Shown here in pieces: positions 49,458 through 62,259 of a DNA stretch of 64,000 nucleotides (its first letter is position 1; each line of letters begins with the position of its first letter). The stretch spans positions 164,176,001 through 164,240,000 of the forward strand of contig OZ336870.1 in the NCBI GenBank assembly GCA_965287045.1. The letters run 5' to 3'. Both the position numbers and the translations under genes were made by a program. The DNA is from Carcharhinus amblyrhynchos (lineage: Eukaryota). A model generated the notes under the pieces. That model was not told where the DNA came from, did not search any database, and saw only the letters and a list, made by a program, of their open reading frames with translations.

Positions 49458-50785
49458 ACAGTGCTACTGTGCTGTGTTAGGGAGAGAAAAAAGGGTATGC
49501 AAAGGGGGTGGGAAGCAGCTTAGCTAAAATCTTGCACAGCAATTGAATTACCCTCAAAAATCTGCATGCACAAGTCATGGAAATGCATCGAATGGGTCTG
49601 TTACTATTGTACCCAGCAACTTGCTCATTAACACGAGTCAGTGCTACCCAGGCTATTTAGCGGATGCACACCTGGCATGGATATTGGGTGTCTCTGACAT
49701 TATTTAGCAGTAACCGACACCTCTTAAAGAGGTGGCCATGCTGGTAAAATCAGGGTTTATAGTATTAATGATGTTTGAGAAGCGTAGAATGATAGTAAAA
49801 GATAGAATCTGAAGGTATACTGGACTTAGCTTGCAAGAAACCGCCTCGCTCCGGGCACCATCCTGAAAAAATTGGTTCATTTCTGATTTTCAGATATGGT
49901 AAGGACAAATCACAATAGTTTCTAGAATCTAGATCTTTGAAGTTGTGACATAGAAATGGTGAAAGGAGTCAGTAACTACACCCTTTTTTAATAACATTTT
50001 CTTCTTCGTTCTTGTTATAAAAGCTTCCAAAATGGCAAGCAAGCAACTGCAGGGAATTGGAAATGTCACGAATAGGGAATGAAATGAGAAATTATGGCCC
50101 ATTAAAGCTTCAGCAACTACGTTCAAATCATTTCTTATGAATACATTGAATCTTTTGCTCAGTGAATTTTGGAAGTCAATATATTGTAAGAATACCAGAA
50201 AATCTTCATTAGTGTGAATGTGTCTTTGACGGTTAATAGGGTAGAGTCACTCCATCAGACCCTTCCTTGTTCATGGAATGCAAAGTACATTCATAATTTA
50301 GAATGTCACTAAGTCAAAGTGCTGGACTCCTTTTAGATTCGCTTTGGTGGAATTGATTAAAAGGGACGATTGTTAGAGCATGAATTAAAACAATTCTATG
50401 GTTTGAATGAAACAAGTCACAGTTGTTCCACCTGAACAGGTTGTGTAGATGAGCTATTTGAATAACAAAAAAAAATTCAACAGTCTACAATGCCAGACGA
50501 ATGCCTCGGAAGAATTTTTAACTAGAAGGGTCAGATTTAACATTAAAAGGCAGTCTCTTCTGACAATTGAACTGTAATTGTCTATTTTAATTAGTTTTAG
50601 GCAATGCACGTGATTTTGTAACATTTTTACCCCCTGCTTTTGTTTCTGAAGAAAGCTCAGGCTGACAATTTTACCTCCTCAGCTTGTTGGGAAATGGATG
50701 GATGCAGTTAAAGTGGAATCCAGTTCCTTGGAGATGTGAGCCAAAACACACAGTTGATAGGTGGGGAGAAGGAACCCATGTGGCC

Positions 50786-50989
50786 TGTTATGTATGTTGG
50801 GGCGTGACCCCTTTAAGGGAATGGGTCAGGTAACTCAAGTATGGGATAAAATGCTCAGGGACAGTCCTGAGAGGGCAGTTGTCACTTGGAGTGTGGAGCG
50901 AGTAAGACTGCAGTAAAGATTTGTGTTCCATGATGTCTGTTTGTGGAATGACTTCTTGAAGATACACCACATTACTAAAGGATTTAACA
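50786..50989 (+). mobile_element. Short solo-LTR candidate (204 bp)
   Basis: TGTTA...TAACA inverted termini; flanks tggcc / tggtc (5-bp TSD with 1 mismatch); internal gataaaa and agtaaa signals. Confidence 0.55.
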
Positions 50990-51436
50990 TGGTCCGTCAA
51001 GGCTGCCTCACATTCCTTATGTGTGGAACATCACAAAAGGCCATTCCCCCTGACATACCTACTGCCGCCGCCGTCCCCCACCCCCCTCAACACACTGCCA
51101 TGGCCAACACCCAGGCCCACTAACAGGAACGAAAAACTCAGGAAAATTCTCCTCCAGCTCCACCCCACCCTCAGCAATTAAATCCAGTTCAGGCAATGGA
51201 TTGTGTGTTACCTATAGATATCTCGATGGCTCAGTTCCATAGTGTGGCTCTGCTCCCTTTTGAGGGCATGCAGAGAGTTAGTACCCACTACACCGGGCTG
51301 CAGCACAATCCAAAGATCTCCAGATAGGCACCTACTTGTCAATCTTCACTCAGCAATGCTGCCAGGATGGTTAGTGTTGCAGTATCACATTGGTAGGCAA
51401 GAGGAAAGTTACTCCTCTGAAGTCGGTATGGTTTAC

Positions 51437-52045
51437 ATTTGATTTGACCTGGTTTATTATTGTCACATGTACTGAGATACAGTGAAAAGTATTGTTTCTT
51501 GTGTGCTATACAGCCAAAAACATAAGGAAGAAGGAAAGGAGAGGGTGCAGAATGTAATATTACAGTCATAGCTAGTGTGCCAAGAAAGATCAGTTTACTA
51601 TATGGTAGGGTCCATTCAAAAGTCTGACAGCAGCAGGGAAGAAGCTGTTTTTGTGTTGGTTGGTACATGACCTCAGACTTTGGTATCTTTTTCCCAATGG
51701 AAGAAGGTAGAAGAGAGAAAGGGTAGCTTTTCTAGCTACGCTTGCATCAAGACCAGAAAATCCCGCCTGAGGTCAATGGACCTTTGCATGGTCCGTGTCC
51801 GACCCGTTGCGATTCCCATGGCAGGCGAGACGGGAAAATTCCAGTCTATGTATGGAGTGCGTGGGGTCCTTGATTATGATGGCTGCTTTTCCGAGGCAGT
51901 GGGAAGTGTAGACGGAGTCAATGGATGGGAGGCTGGTTTGTGTGATGGACTTTGTGGTCTCTTGTGGTCTTGATCAAAGTAGGAGCTGTACTGTGATACA
52001 TCAGGAAAGGATGCTTTCTGTTGTGCACCTGTAAAAATTGGTGAA
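51437..52045 (-). mobile_element. Rex1/Babar-like LINE 3' fragment with a nested MITE (~51750-51845)
   Basis: Same family as 25188-25930. Confidence 0.75.
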
Positions 52046-52241
52046 AGTTATAATATTCGATGGGGCAGGTTAATGTGAGCCTTACCCTGAACGTGTCTGA
52101 ATTCTACTTGGCAAATTAATGTGAACTTTAATTCAGACAGTTTCAGGGTAAGGCTCACATTAACTGCCTCATCGAATATTACAACTCTCACCAATTTTTA
52201 CAGGTACAACATAGAAAGCATCCTTTCTGGATGTATCACAG
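51991..52241. repeat. Inverted repeat, ~112-bp arms, 26-nt spacer
   Basis: 51991-52103 vs 52130-52241 are near reverse complements. Confidence 0.85.
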
Positions 52242-52365
52242 CTTGGTGGTAATGGTTGATGTTCTCAGCAAATCAAAAAACATAAAAATCCAGCAAAAAT
52301 ACTTAAATAGAACTTTTTTCTTTCTTGTGGCTCCATATGCTATTGGTTCCTTTATTTCTTTATAG

Positions 52366-52513
52366 AATTCAAGAGTTGGAACTGTCAGAACAAAGGCTCC
52401 TGGATAAAATCAATGAGTTAACTTCCAAATCACAGCAATCATTGGCCAGCGATCCACAACTGACAGGAAAGCTTCGAAATCTGCAAATTTCTGAGAGAGG
52501 TCTTAGAATTACG
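52366..52513 (+). CDS. Coiled-coil gene exon (IQELELSEQRLLDKINEL...ERGLRIT)
   Basis: Acceptor tttctttatag|A completes the AG+A Arg codon from the previous exon; donor ACG|gtaaag; 148 nt, phase 2/0. Confidence 0.82.
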
Positions 52514-52900
52514 GTAAAGTTCATTTTAAACCCTCGTCTTCCTCTATGCTTGCTCCTGTGAAGTCTCTGTCTTTAATTGTCTTTAATTGTCAATTATCCA
52601 ATCCTTCACCCATATGATGATTCTCTATTGTTGGGGAATAGATCATAAGGATTTTGCATTGATGGTAGAACGGGGTAAGGAGTAGGTAGCCCATCGAGTC
52701 AGTCCCAAACAGTTATGGACACCACAGTCCCCATTCAGCAGCACCCCCTCCCCACCCCAACGCAACCACAGCAGCAGAATCAGCACTCTGCTGGAAAAGG
52801 TTTTAAAAACTCTGGACTAAATTTTGAAAGAAAATGTCTTTGGAAATTTGTCTGTGATGTCCAAAGGTGATTCACTAAATTTCAACAGAAAACTGGGAAA

Positions 52901-53093
52901 CATATAGAATCCCTACAGTGCAAAAGGAAGCCATTTGAAACATTGAGCCTGCACTGACTCTTTGACAGAGCATCTTACCCAGGCCCTATCCCCGTAACCC
53001 CACATACTTACCCAGCTAATTCCCTAGCCTATACATCTTGCGACACTAAGGGACAATTTAGCAAGGCCAGTCAACCTAACCCGCATATCTTTG
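52901..53093 (-). mobile_element. 5'-truncated HE1 SINE
   Basis: Tail and end of the V-domain. Confidence 0.8.
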
Positions 53094-54251
53094 CACATCC
53101 CCCAGTATCCGGGCAGCTTCTACATGTAGATATCAGGAACTCATTCACCATCTTCTGAACATTTGCTATGAATTTGTACTCACTGCACAAGTCACCAACT
53201 TGCTCCATTGGTTGCTGACTGTAAACAGTTGCAGAATAAATCCTACTCCAGGAACACCTTGTCCTTATCTGAAGTTAAAGCTCACATGTGTTCTTGTAGA
53301 CACTATTTGACTGCAACCTGTTACAGGCACTGGACTAACTTATCCCTCCACTGCCCCTAACTCGAGGGTAGTGACGGCAATTGAATTAATTGCCCTCAAT
53401 TGTGTTTTGCAAGCACACAAGGTATGTATTGGACCTTCTCCATACAATTCAGTATCTTGTGAAATTGTGCATTTACATGCAGATCTTAGAAAGTTACTCA
53501 CTGCATTAAACTTCTGTATGAAATCCTAATCAAAAATTTGCTGTCGAGTGCAATCCAGATGACAGGAGGCTTTGTAGCCATCCAATCAAAAGGGAAAATG
53601 AAGGCTCTTTTTTGGGCATGGGCTTTTACTGACCTTAGGATCTGGCATTCCCTCCCTAACGGCACTGTGGGTCAACCCACAGAACATGGGCTGCAGTGAT
53701 TCAGGAAGGTGGCCCTTCTTAAGGGCAATTAAGGAAGGGCAATGCCATTGATGCCCATGTCCAACGAATGAATAATTAAAAAAAAAGTAGAAGCTGTGTT
53801 TTCACAATAAACCTGACAGACACTATAAATGTAAACACAATACAAATGGCATTGAAAGAATTGAGGCGTTTCAGAAATGCCAGTCCAGATGCTTATAAAA
53901 TCTTTGAGATGCCAAATAAGAGATGATGGTCCAGATTTTTATCACGGACTGAGTGCTTTTCCATTGTGATAAAAATAGTGGAACTGCCTAAAAATCGCAA
54001 GTGCCTTCATATCCTTCCAACACTTCCCATTTTCATGGGGGTCGGAATGTTTTGCGCATGCACAATTCGCAGAGGTAGGTAGCCATCTGAATTGTCAACT
54101 GCCTTTAATCAAGTTAGATTTTGGAATATCTGATGCATACAGATTTGACCCGGGTCTGGATTTTGCCATGACAGAGGACCTCACCATCGTCACAAAAATC
54201 CCAGAAATGAACTGAAGAATCTAAGCCCTGTTTCATTTTAATCAATAAGCT

Positions 54252-54565
54252 GGGGCAGCATGGTGGCAGACTGGTTAGCACTGCTGCCTCACAGCAGGGA
54301 CTCGGGTTCGATTCCCGCTTGGGTCACTATGTGGAGTGTGCACGATCTCCCCATGTCTGCGTGGGTTTTCTCTGAGTGCTGTGGTTACCTCCCACAATCC
54401 AAAAATGTGCGGGTTAGGTTGATTAGCCATGCTAAATTGCTCCATAGTGTTAGGGGGGATGTTAGATTAGTTGGGTAAATATGTGGGATTGTGGGGATGG
54501 GTCTGGGTTTGTTGTCGGTGCAAGCTCAATGGGCTGAATGGCCTCCTTCGGCACTGTCAATATTC
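54252..54565 (+). mobile_element. HE1-type V-SINE
   Basis: Full-length copy. Confidence 0.85.
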
Positions 54566-55320
54566 TTGCTTGGAAATCAAATTGAAAAATAACTCCAATC
54601 AATCTTATCTTGATATGTAGAACATGATGTTCTACTAATTTTAGAATACTCAAATGCTTTATGTTGCACTCATGGTCAGAAGAAAAGTGCAGTAACAATG
54701 GAGTCATACTGCTTTGAATTCTGTCATTGTTTTGATCTTATTTACAGAATGACAGTAGAGAAAGATATGTGTTTACAGCGAAATTGTAGATGTCTATTGA
54801 AGAAAGGCATTTGTAATTTTGCTGTTAAGAGTGACTCGTAGAAATCTTCCTAGTTACTCCCATTTGCAATTGTACTGCCAAACACTATAGCATTGTCCAT
54901 TGGCTGTAGCTGTGCCATCATCAATACTTAGGCTAAGAAGCTTCCTTCATCCATTGATGAATGAGGCAGATAAATTGCATGCTTATGTCAGTTTCTATGG
55001 TTATTTTTTCCTGAAACAATTCACGAGCTCTGCATCAAGCAAGGCTGAAAGCTAGTGGTTTTTGCTACCAAATAAACCTATTGGACTTTAACCTGGTCTT
55101 GTGAGACTTCTTACCAAGGAAGGCTGAACAGATGACTCTCCCTTTCTTACCGCCTGCCTTAGGAGTATTGAAGGATTGACTGATTAATAATTAACCTGTT
55201 TGGCCACATTATGAACTCGCTGGGTCTCAAAGCCAGAGCCTCTGACTCGGAGGCAGGGACACTATCCACTGCACCACAAGACCTCCCTCAAAATTGGGAT
55301 GGCATATTTCTTAATTTACT

Positions 55321-55528
55321 CAGTAAGAAGTCTCACAACACCAGGTTAAAGTCCAACAGGTTTATTTGGAATCATGAGCTTTCGGAGTGTTGCTCCTTCA
55401 TCAGATGAGTGGATGAAGGAACAGCGTTCTGAAAGTTTGTGATTCTAAATAAACCTGTTGGACTTTAACCTGGTGTTATGAGACTTCTTACTGTGCCCAC
55501 CCCAGTCCAACGCCGGCATCTCCACATC
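55321..55528. mobile_element. Penelope-like terminal repeat remnant forming a foldback palindrome
   Basis: 55321-~55402 is the near reverse complement of ~55412-55493; carries the hammerhead motif. Related pieces at ~48207-48285, ~55047-55113, ~59277-59345. Confidence 0.7.
55372..55408 (-). ncRNA. Minimal type I hammerhead ribozyme motif in a Penelope-like terminal repeat
   Basis: Minus strand reads UCAU CUGAUGA A GGAG caaca CUCC GAAA GCUC AUGA: both core boxes, 4-bp stem I, 4-bp stem II, palindromic AGCU stem III, and a CUC cleavage triplet. Confidence 0.72.
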
Positions 55529-55767
55529 TTAATTTACTGTTAGAAAATAACACAAGAATCCACAGTACCAGGAGTTATACAATTTTCCCATATTACTGAA
55601 TGTCAGTGTTAAGTGTCTACCTTTGTATGCATGTGAGTGACTGTCCTTTTCAAAAATTAAACTAACAAAAGGCTGGCAATCAGGCTCTCTGTCTGCTTCC
55701 TAATAAATTTTCTGATGTCCGTTTTTCACCATTACTTTATTGTTTGCTTTCTTTGGTTTTATCCCGA

Positions 55768-55968
55768 AAGATAAAGCCGCGTTAGTCCCTGGTGACTGTA
55801 GGCTTTGGGGGGTTGCTAACTTGTGGTGATTTAACGTGAGGATCACCACACCTCAGGTGAGGGATAAGATTGAAAAGGTGGAATAACCTCAACTGGGACA
55901 GGAATTGAACCCATGCTACTGGCATCACTCTGCATCACAAGCCAATTGTGCAGCCAACTGAGCTAATC
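55768..55968 (-). mobile_element. tRNA-derived SINE family D
   Basis: Reverse complement head ttagctcagttggctg...gggttcaattcc; second, interrupted copy at ~59220-59830. Confidence 0.65.
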
Positions 55969-56431
55969 CTGAAACACGATAGGACATTGACAGAAAGGAG
56001 CACTGAATTTGGTCAGTGATGAATAAATGAAAACATTGTTAATGTCTCCGTTTCTGATGCCAACAACCAGCCCACTAGAAAATGCTGTTATATTATTATT
56101 TTCTTTTGACCCCAGATAGTGAATAAAAAGAGTAAAGAATTGTAAAAAGACACAGATGAGTCACAGCATGCTCTTCATGCAGAGAAGTCCTTTTTTTATT
56201 GCTTTGTTATTTGAAGTATCAAAGATCTGGTTAGAAATGAAGATACCACAGGGGATTTCTTGCCCAAGATATTTTAGTGCTAAAAAGAGAGCAAGTAAAC
56301 TGACTCAGAGATACCAAGAGAATTAGAGGACAAATATGCCCGTCCATGAGTGTTTTGGTAAAAGTGAGCATCGTGCAGTATTAATGGAGCCAAGTCCCAT
56401 CTTCACAGTAAGGACATCCTCTGTAATGTCA

Positions 56432-57268
56432 TGTGACACAAAGTGTGCTAGATTAAGGACAGATCCAGCAGCACAAAGTGAAGTGCCTATGAAGTGTATT
56501 AAGACTCAGACCAGAAAACTCCAAGGTGTTTGTGAAGTGAGCCTGGACCCTAAGTTTTACATTTAATTGTGGTGAGCTTAAAGTGTTTCACTCCAAGAAT
56601 GATTCAAATGACCCACTAGGAAGCTTTCATCAAACAAAGTTTATTAAAGAACATAGTTAAAATATAACAAAAAGAATTAGGATAACTTTTACCAATTACA
56701 AGATTTAAACATGACTTCATACAATCCTTAACAGCTAGCTATCTCTGTTGTTCCAAGTCAAATACCATCCCACAGCCATACACCCTTCTTCAGACTTAGC
56801 ACAAAAAACAAGTATATTCACATGACGCTGGATCTTTAACTTTTAACACCTGCTGTGTAATTGGCCCTTTGAATGTTGGGTCAACTCTCTGAGGCTCCCT
56901 AGCATTGGAACTTGCAGAAAGTTCTTGGAGAGAGAGAGAGAGAGAGAGAGCAAGCGACATTGCCTTCTTTTATCAGCTCCTGGCAGCAACTGAAAAATGA
57001 AACTAAAAGCTGGACTTTTCTGTGAAGCATAGCTGTCCTGAACCATATGATGAGACCTGTCAATCAACTTCAATTAAACTCCATTTAGCAATCCCAGGGG
57101 ACACATTAAATCTACAGAAACTGCATTAGTCTCGATTAAAAATAAACATGATGTCTGTTACATTTGCCTCAGTAGCAATGAAGGTAACTAGCTACAGACA
57201 AATTCCAGGAACCATCCTGCAGAGAAACATAATTAAAACACATTCCTTAAAGGCACAGTATCGTCACA
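56432..57268 (-). mobile_element. Solo-LTR-like element (~840 bp) with an internal (GA)n
   Basis: TGTGAC...GTCACA termini, reverse-strand AATAAA near 56640, similarity to 28440-28990. No convincing TSD. Confidence 0.5.
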
Positions 57269-57346
57269 GGTACCCTGACCCATCAACAGCAGTATTGTAT
57301 TCTACCACAATCTGTAACCTCATTTGTCTTATCCCTGCCACAAGAA

Positions 57347-57631
57347 AATTTATTTATTAGTGTTATAAGTAGGCTTACATTAACACTGCAGTGAAGTTAC
57401 TATGAATATCCCCTAATTGCCACACTCCGGCACCTGTTTGGGTACACTGAGGGAGAATTTAGTATGGCCAATGTACCTAACCAGCATGTCTTTCAGATTG
57501 TGGGAGGAAACCGGAGGAAACCCATGCAGACATGGGGTGAACGTGCAGACTCCGCACGTACAGTGACCACAGCTGGAAATCAGACCCAGGTCCTTAGCAC
57601 TGTGAGGCAGCAGTGCTAACCACTGTGCCAT
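57347..57631 (-). mobile_element. V-SINE, tail type B
   Basis: Reverse-complement copy. Confidence 0.85.
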
Positions 57632-57870
57632 CTTTTCAGAAGAGTACCTTAATCATCAGAATTCTCTTTAAGATTGGTGCCTCAATTCGTCACAGTAATT
57701 GATGAGCATTTGAAATTCAGTTAACGTATATCACAATCTTTAGGTAAAGATTTAATTATTAGTTTTCTGCCACTTGACAGTTCCCACTTGTTCTCAATCC
57801 AATTGCTGGTGCCTGACCTTGTTCATGTGCACTGATGTTCAAATGGAAAAATTAATGATTATGAGGTGAG

Positions 57871-58183
57871 GGGTGGCAAGGTAGCAGCACATTGGCACTT
57901 TTGTTACAGTGCCAGGGTCCTGGGTTTGATTCCTGGTGCGGTTGACTGTCTATATGGAGTCTGCACATTCTCCACGTGTCTGCATGGGTCTCTTCCGGGT
58001 GCTCCGGTTTCCACTCACAGTCCAAAGATGTGCAGGTTAGGTTGAATGGCCATGCTAAGATTGCCTCTTAGTGTCAGGGGGAACTAGCTAGGTAAATGCA
58101 TGGCATTATGGGGATAGGGCGTGTGCGGGATTGTGGCTGATGGGCTGAATGGCCTCTTTCTGCATTGTAGGATTCTATGATTC
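57871..58183 (+). mobile_element. HE1-type V-SINE
   Basis: Full-length copy ending ~70 nt before the 58255 acceptor. Confidence 0.85.
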
Positions 58184-58254
58184 TTTGAGATGCTGACAGT
58201 TCGGGACTGCAAAGTTCTGTGATGTGTGTTCATTATATTCTTCTTCCTTACAAG

Positions 58255-58974
58255 CTGACTGAAAAGGAGAAATTGGAAGAGGTGCTGAAGGGGAAACTCT
58301 GGCGTTTGCAGAACCATCTGAAGATGAAGGAGGATGAGATGAAGAAGCAATCCGAGTACTTTGAACACTACAAGCAGAAGCAGCAACAGCAAACGATGAA
58401 ACTGCGGGAACGGGAACAGTCACTGCACAGCCAGATTTTCAAGCTGGACAGAGAGAGGATCGACCTGAATGCTACCAGCGTTGTCTTGAGAACGGAGCTG
58501 CAGGAGGTAACGGCAAAATTCGCAAAGCTGGAAAAGGCTCACGCCAAACGGAGGAAAGATCGTTCAGAGCACGAGACGGAACTTGCCAACATGGAAAATT
58601 CCCTGTCCGAGAGGGAGGACCAAATCAAAGACAGTATTCTGGTGCTTCAACATGACCTGAAGAAGCTCTTGGAGAAGGACGAGGCCGCGAACCGGGAGAA
58701 GGAACAGCTCCGTGAAAGACTTCAGCAAGCGGAAGATAATGAAGACTTCCTCGCACACAAGCTGGAAGACTTCCGCTCACGGATCCATGAGCTGAAGCTA
58801 TCGGAGAGCAGCCTGCAAGAGCAAGCGGAGGAACTGGAAGAGGAGAATGAGAAGCTCAGAAGAGAACTTAAAGAAGCGCAGGAGAATGAAAGCTATCTGA
58901 AAGAAGTGCTGGAAGAGAAAGAAAAGCTGGAGAGTTTAGTAGAGGAGAAGAATCGAGTACATAATCTGACATTG
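58255..58974 (+). CDS. Coiled-coil gene exon (LTEKEKLEEVLK...EEKNRVHNLTL), 240 codons
   Basis: Acceptor ttcttccttacaag|CTG, donor TTG|gtaagt, 720 nt, phase 0/0, inside ORF 58219..59046. Confidence 0.85.
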
Positions 58975-59219
58975 GTAAGTGCTAATGCTGCCAAATGTAA
59001 TATCCCTACAAATTATATTAATTCTTTTTATTGTAATCGATACTGAAGCAATATTACTTTAAAACTAAGGCTAGAATCTTATCACCGTTCACGCTGGTGG
59101 GATTTCCCCATCCAGCTACAGTGAACGGAGATTTGGCTAGATGCCAAATTCTCCAACCTCGCTGCAGCAGGACCGTGGCGTGAGTGGCAGGTAAGATTGC
59201 ACCCTACATCTAAAAAAGG

Positions 59220-59830
59220 TAAAATCATTGTGGCTCCAGATGACCATGAGGAGGAGAGCTGACTCGTGGCAATTTATGATGTGGATATGCCGGCGTTGGA
59301 CTGGGGTAAACACAGTAAAAAACCTGGTGTTGTCAGACTTTTTACCACTGGTGGCAATTTAACCACGGATAAAGTAGACATGGAGCAGATGCTTCCTCTT
59401 GTGGGGCATTCTTGGGCGAGAGGTCATAGTCTTAGGATAAAGGGGTAACAAATTTAAAACAGAGTTGAGGAGAAACTACTTCTCCCAAAGGGTTGTGAAT
59501 CTATGGAATTCACTACTCCAAAGCACCCTGTCTGCTGGGACAGTGAGTAAATTTAGGGAGAAGTTAGATTGATTTTTAATTGCTAATTGGTTGAAGGTTT
59601 ATGGGGAGAATGCAGGAAAATGGGGATGAGGAGCATATCAGCCATGATCGAATGGCCTAATCCTGCTCCTATATCTTATGAACCTGAGGATCACCACACC
59701 TCAGGTGAGGTGGAAGGTTGAGAAAGAAGTCTTTCATGAATAGCCTCAGCTGGTAAAGGAATTGAACCTGTGCTGTTGATGGCACTACCTACTTACAAAC
59801 CAGCCATCCAGCCAGCTGAGCTAACCGAAC
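59220..59830. mobile_element. Family D SINE (-) interrupted by a Penelope fragment (~59277-59345) and a CR1 3' end (~59366-59681, +)
   Basis: SINE halves are collinear with 55768-55968; gtggcaattta is duplicated around the Penelope piece and aacc around the CR1 piece. Confidence 0.65.
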
Positions 59831-59929
59831 CCCATAAGCTAAGCCTAGGCTCCAAAAGAATAACATTATTTTCACCTACATTTTTCTTTCCACCTCTCAT
59901 AAGAACATCTGAACTGTACCCTCCGACTT

Positions 59930-61205
59930 CCTTGTCAGTCAAGAATCTATAACTCAGCCTTAAAAATGTCCGGTGACCCAGCCTACATTGTACTCTGGAA
60001 AGGGACAAATGGCTCTCTCCTTAAATATTTCTCAGTAATGCCCTCTTAAATGAGAGACCCTTTAATTTAAAATGTGTCACTTGGTTCTAGTTTCTCCCAG
60101 AAGGGGAAATATCCTCAGTATTCACCCTGTCAATTCTCCTCAGGACCTGATGGGCAAATTTTTCCCATTCAGCTCACCATATGAATCATGGCGGGTGGGA
60201 CATGGACCATGCAAAGATCTGTTGACTTTAGGGGGAATTTTCTGGTCTTGGGGCCAGTATGGCTGAAAAACCCTGCCCTGTTTGCTTCAATAAGATCATC
60301 TCTTATTCTTCTATACTTCACTGGATACAGTGTCTAACCTTTTATCATAAGATAACCCTTTCATCCTCAGAACCAGTTGAGTGAGCCTTCACTGAACTTC
60401 TTCTAATTCTTTCTCAAGATCACAACTGTACACAGTACTCCAGATGTGGTCTCACTAATGCCGTATACAACTCTAGCAAAACATCCTTACTTTTGTATTC
60501 AATCCTCTTGCAATAAATGACACCATTCTGTTTTCCTCCAAATCACTTACTGCATCTGTGCATTAATGTCTTGTGGTTCATGTACCAAGACACTCAAATT
60601 CCTCAGTACTGCTGAGTTTTGTAATCTTTTTTCATTTAAATATTATCCTGCTTTTCCATTCTTCCTGCCAAAGTGGTCCAATTCCTATCTTCCTGCATTA
60701 TGCTCCATTTGTCAATTTTTGCCCACTCACTTAACTTATCTAGATTCCTTTGCAAATGTTCTCCTCGCAATTTGTGTCATCCACAAATACAGAAACCATT
60801 CAAGTCATTTATATAGATTATAAATAGTTGAGGCCCTAGCATTGATCCTTGTGGTATTCTGAAAGATAAGCTTGCCAACCTAAAAATAGCCCATTTATCC
60901 ATACTTTCTGCTTCCTGTTCACCAGCCAATTCTCTATGCATTGTGACACATTACCCCCTATTCCATGAACTCTTATTTTGCATAGAAACCTTTGATGTGG
61001 CAGCTTATTAAATGCCTTTTTGGAAATCCAAGTACATAACATTTGCAGCTTCCCCTTTCTCCATGTTACCTGTTACTTCCTCAAAGAACTCTAGTAAATT
61101 AGTCGAACATGACCTCCCTTTCACGAAATGTTGACTGTGCATTAAGATTTTCTAAGTGTCCTGATATAACTCCTTTAATAATAAATTCTAGCATGTTCCC
61201 TATGG
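59930..61205 (-). mobile_element. Degenerate CR1/HER1 LINE RT region with a nested MITE (60151-60278)
   Basis: ORF 60836..61042 KAFNKLPHQRFLCKIRVHGIGG...IENWLVNRKQKVWING. Confidence 0.85.
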
Positions 61206-61972
61206 CAGGTGATGATTTATGCCGCTATATTCTACCAGCTCTCTCAGAGCTCATCCTTTAGGGGATTCATTACGTATGAATGTGAAAATTAGTGGTTGAA
61301 GAGGATAAGCGGATGGCATCATTGGATTTTCCAGCAGAACTGTTGGATGCTATTTGGGGTGTGGGTTAGATGTGCCAGCATTTAAGATGTACACTCAATT
61401 CCATTAGATGCCAGGTCTAGTGGAAGATGTGTCCATTCACAAAGTGGTGTATAACAGGGAGCTGAGGCCAAAACTCGATGTGCCAGAACTGCTGTCACTG
61501 GTGCCAGAATTGGATTTGACTTTGGCCTGTGGAAAGGAAAGGTGAATTACCTGCCTGACACATTAAACCAAGGAATGGTCACCTTTGTAAGCTTTGACTG
61601 TCCACCAGCATATTTAAAGCAGCTGTTCTGACTTTATACGATCAGAAAATTCTGTTTTGAATATGCTGCTCAGAAAGAATTCTGTAACTTACCTTTTGAT
61701 GGTTTCAGGAAGGGAAATGCCTGCCTCCTACCTTTTTATTTTGGAGCCCTTACCATGGCGTTCAGAATAACCATTCCCATACATGCTGTCATATTCATGT
61801 TGCCTGTTTCTTAGATCTTTCATTTGCCATATCAATAGATGTTTTCCATATTGTAATCAGCCTGGGATTTGGGATTTATCTACTTCCAGTGAGCGTTTGG
61901 TATAGATAACAATATTGACAATTATATAAGAGACTTTAATGTAGTTTTAGGGAATGAATTCTTAAACCAGAA

Positions 61973-62259
61973 TGTCTGTGTGGAGTTTGCACGTTCTCCC
62001 CGTGTCAGCATGGGTTTCCTCCGGGTTCTTTGGTTCCCTCCACAGTCCAAAGATGTGCAGCTTAGGTGGATTGGCCACACTAAATTGACCCTTACTATCC
62101 CAGGACATGGAGATTAGATGGATTAGCCATAGTAAATGTGTAGGGTTACAGGGATCGGGCAGGGGAGAGGGCCTGGGTAAGATACGCAGTCTGAGAGTCA
62201 GTGCAAACTCAATGGACTGAATGGCCTTTTCTGCACTGTAGGGATTCTATGATTCTATG
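61973..62259 (+). mobile_element. 5'-truncated HE1-type V-SINE
   Basis: V-domain and ctgtagggattctatgattctatg tail. Confidence 0.85.
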
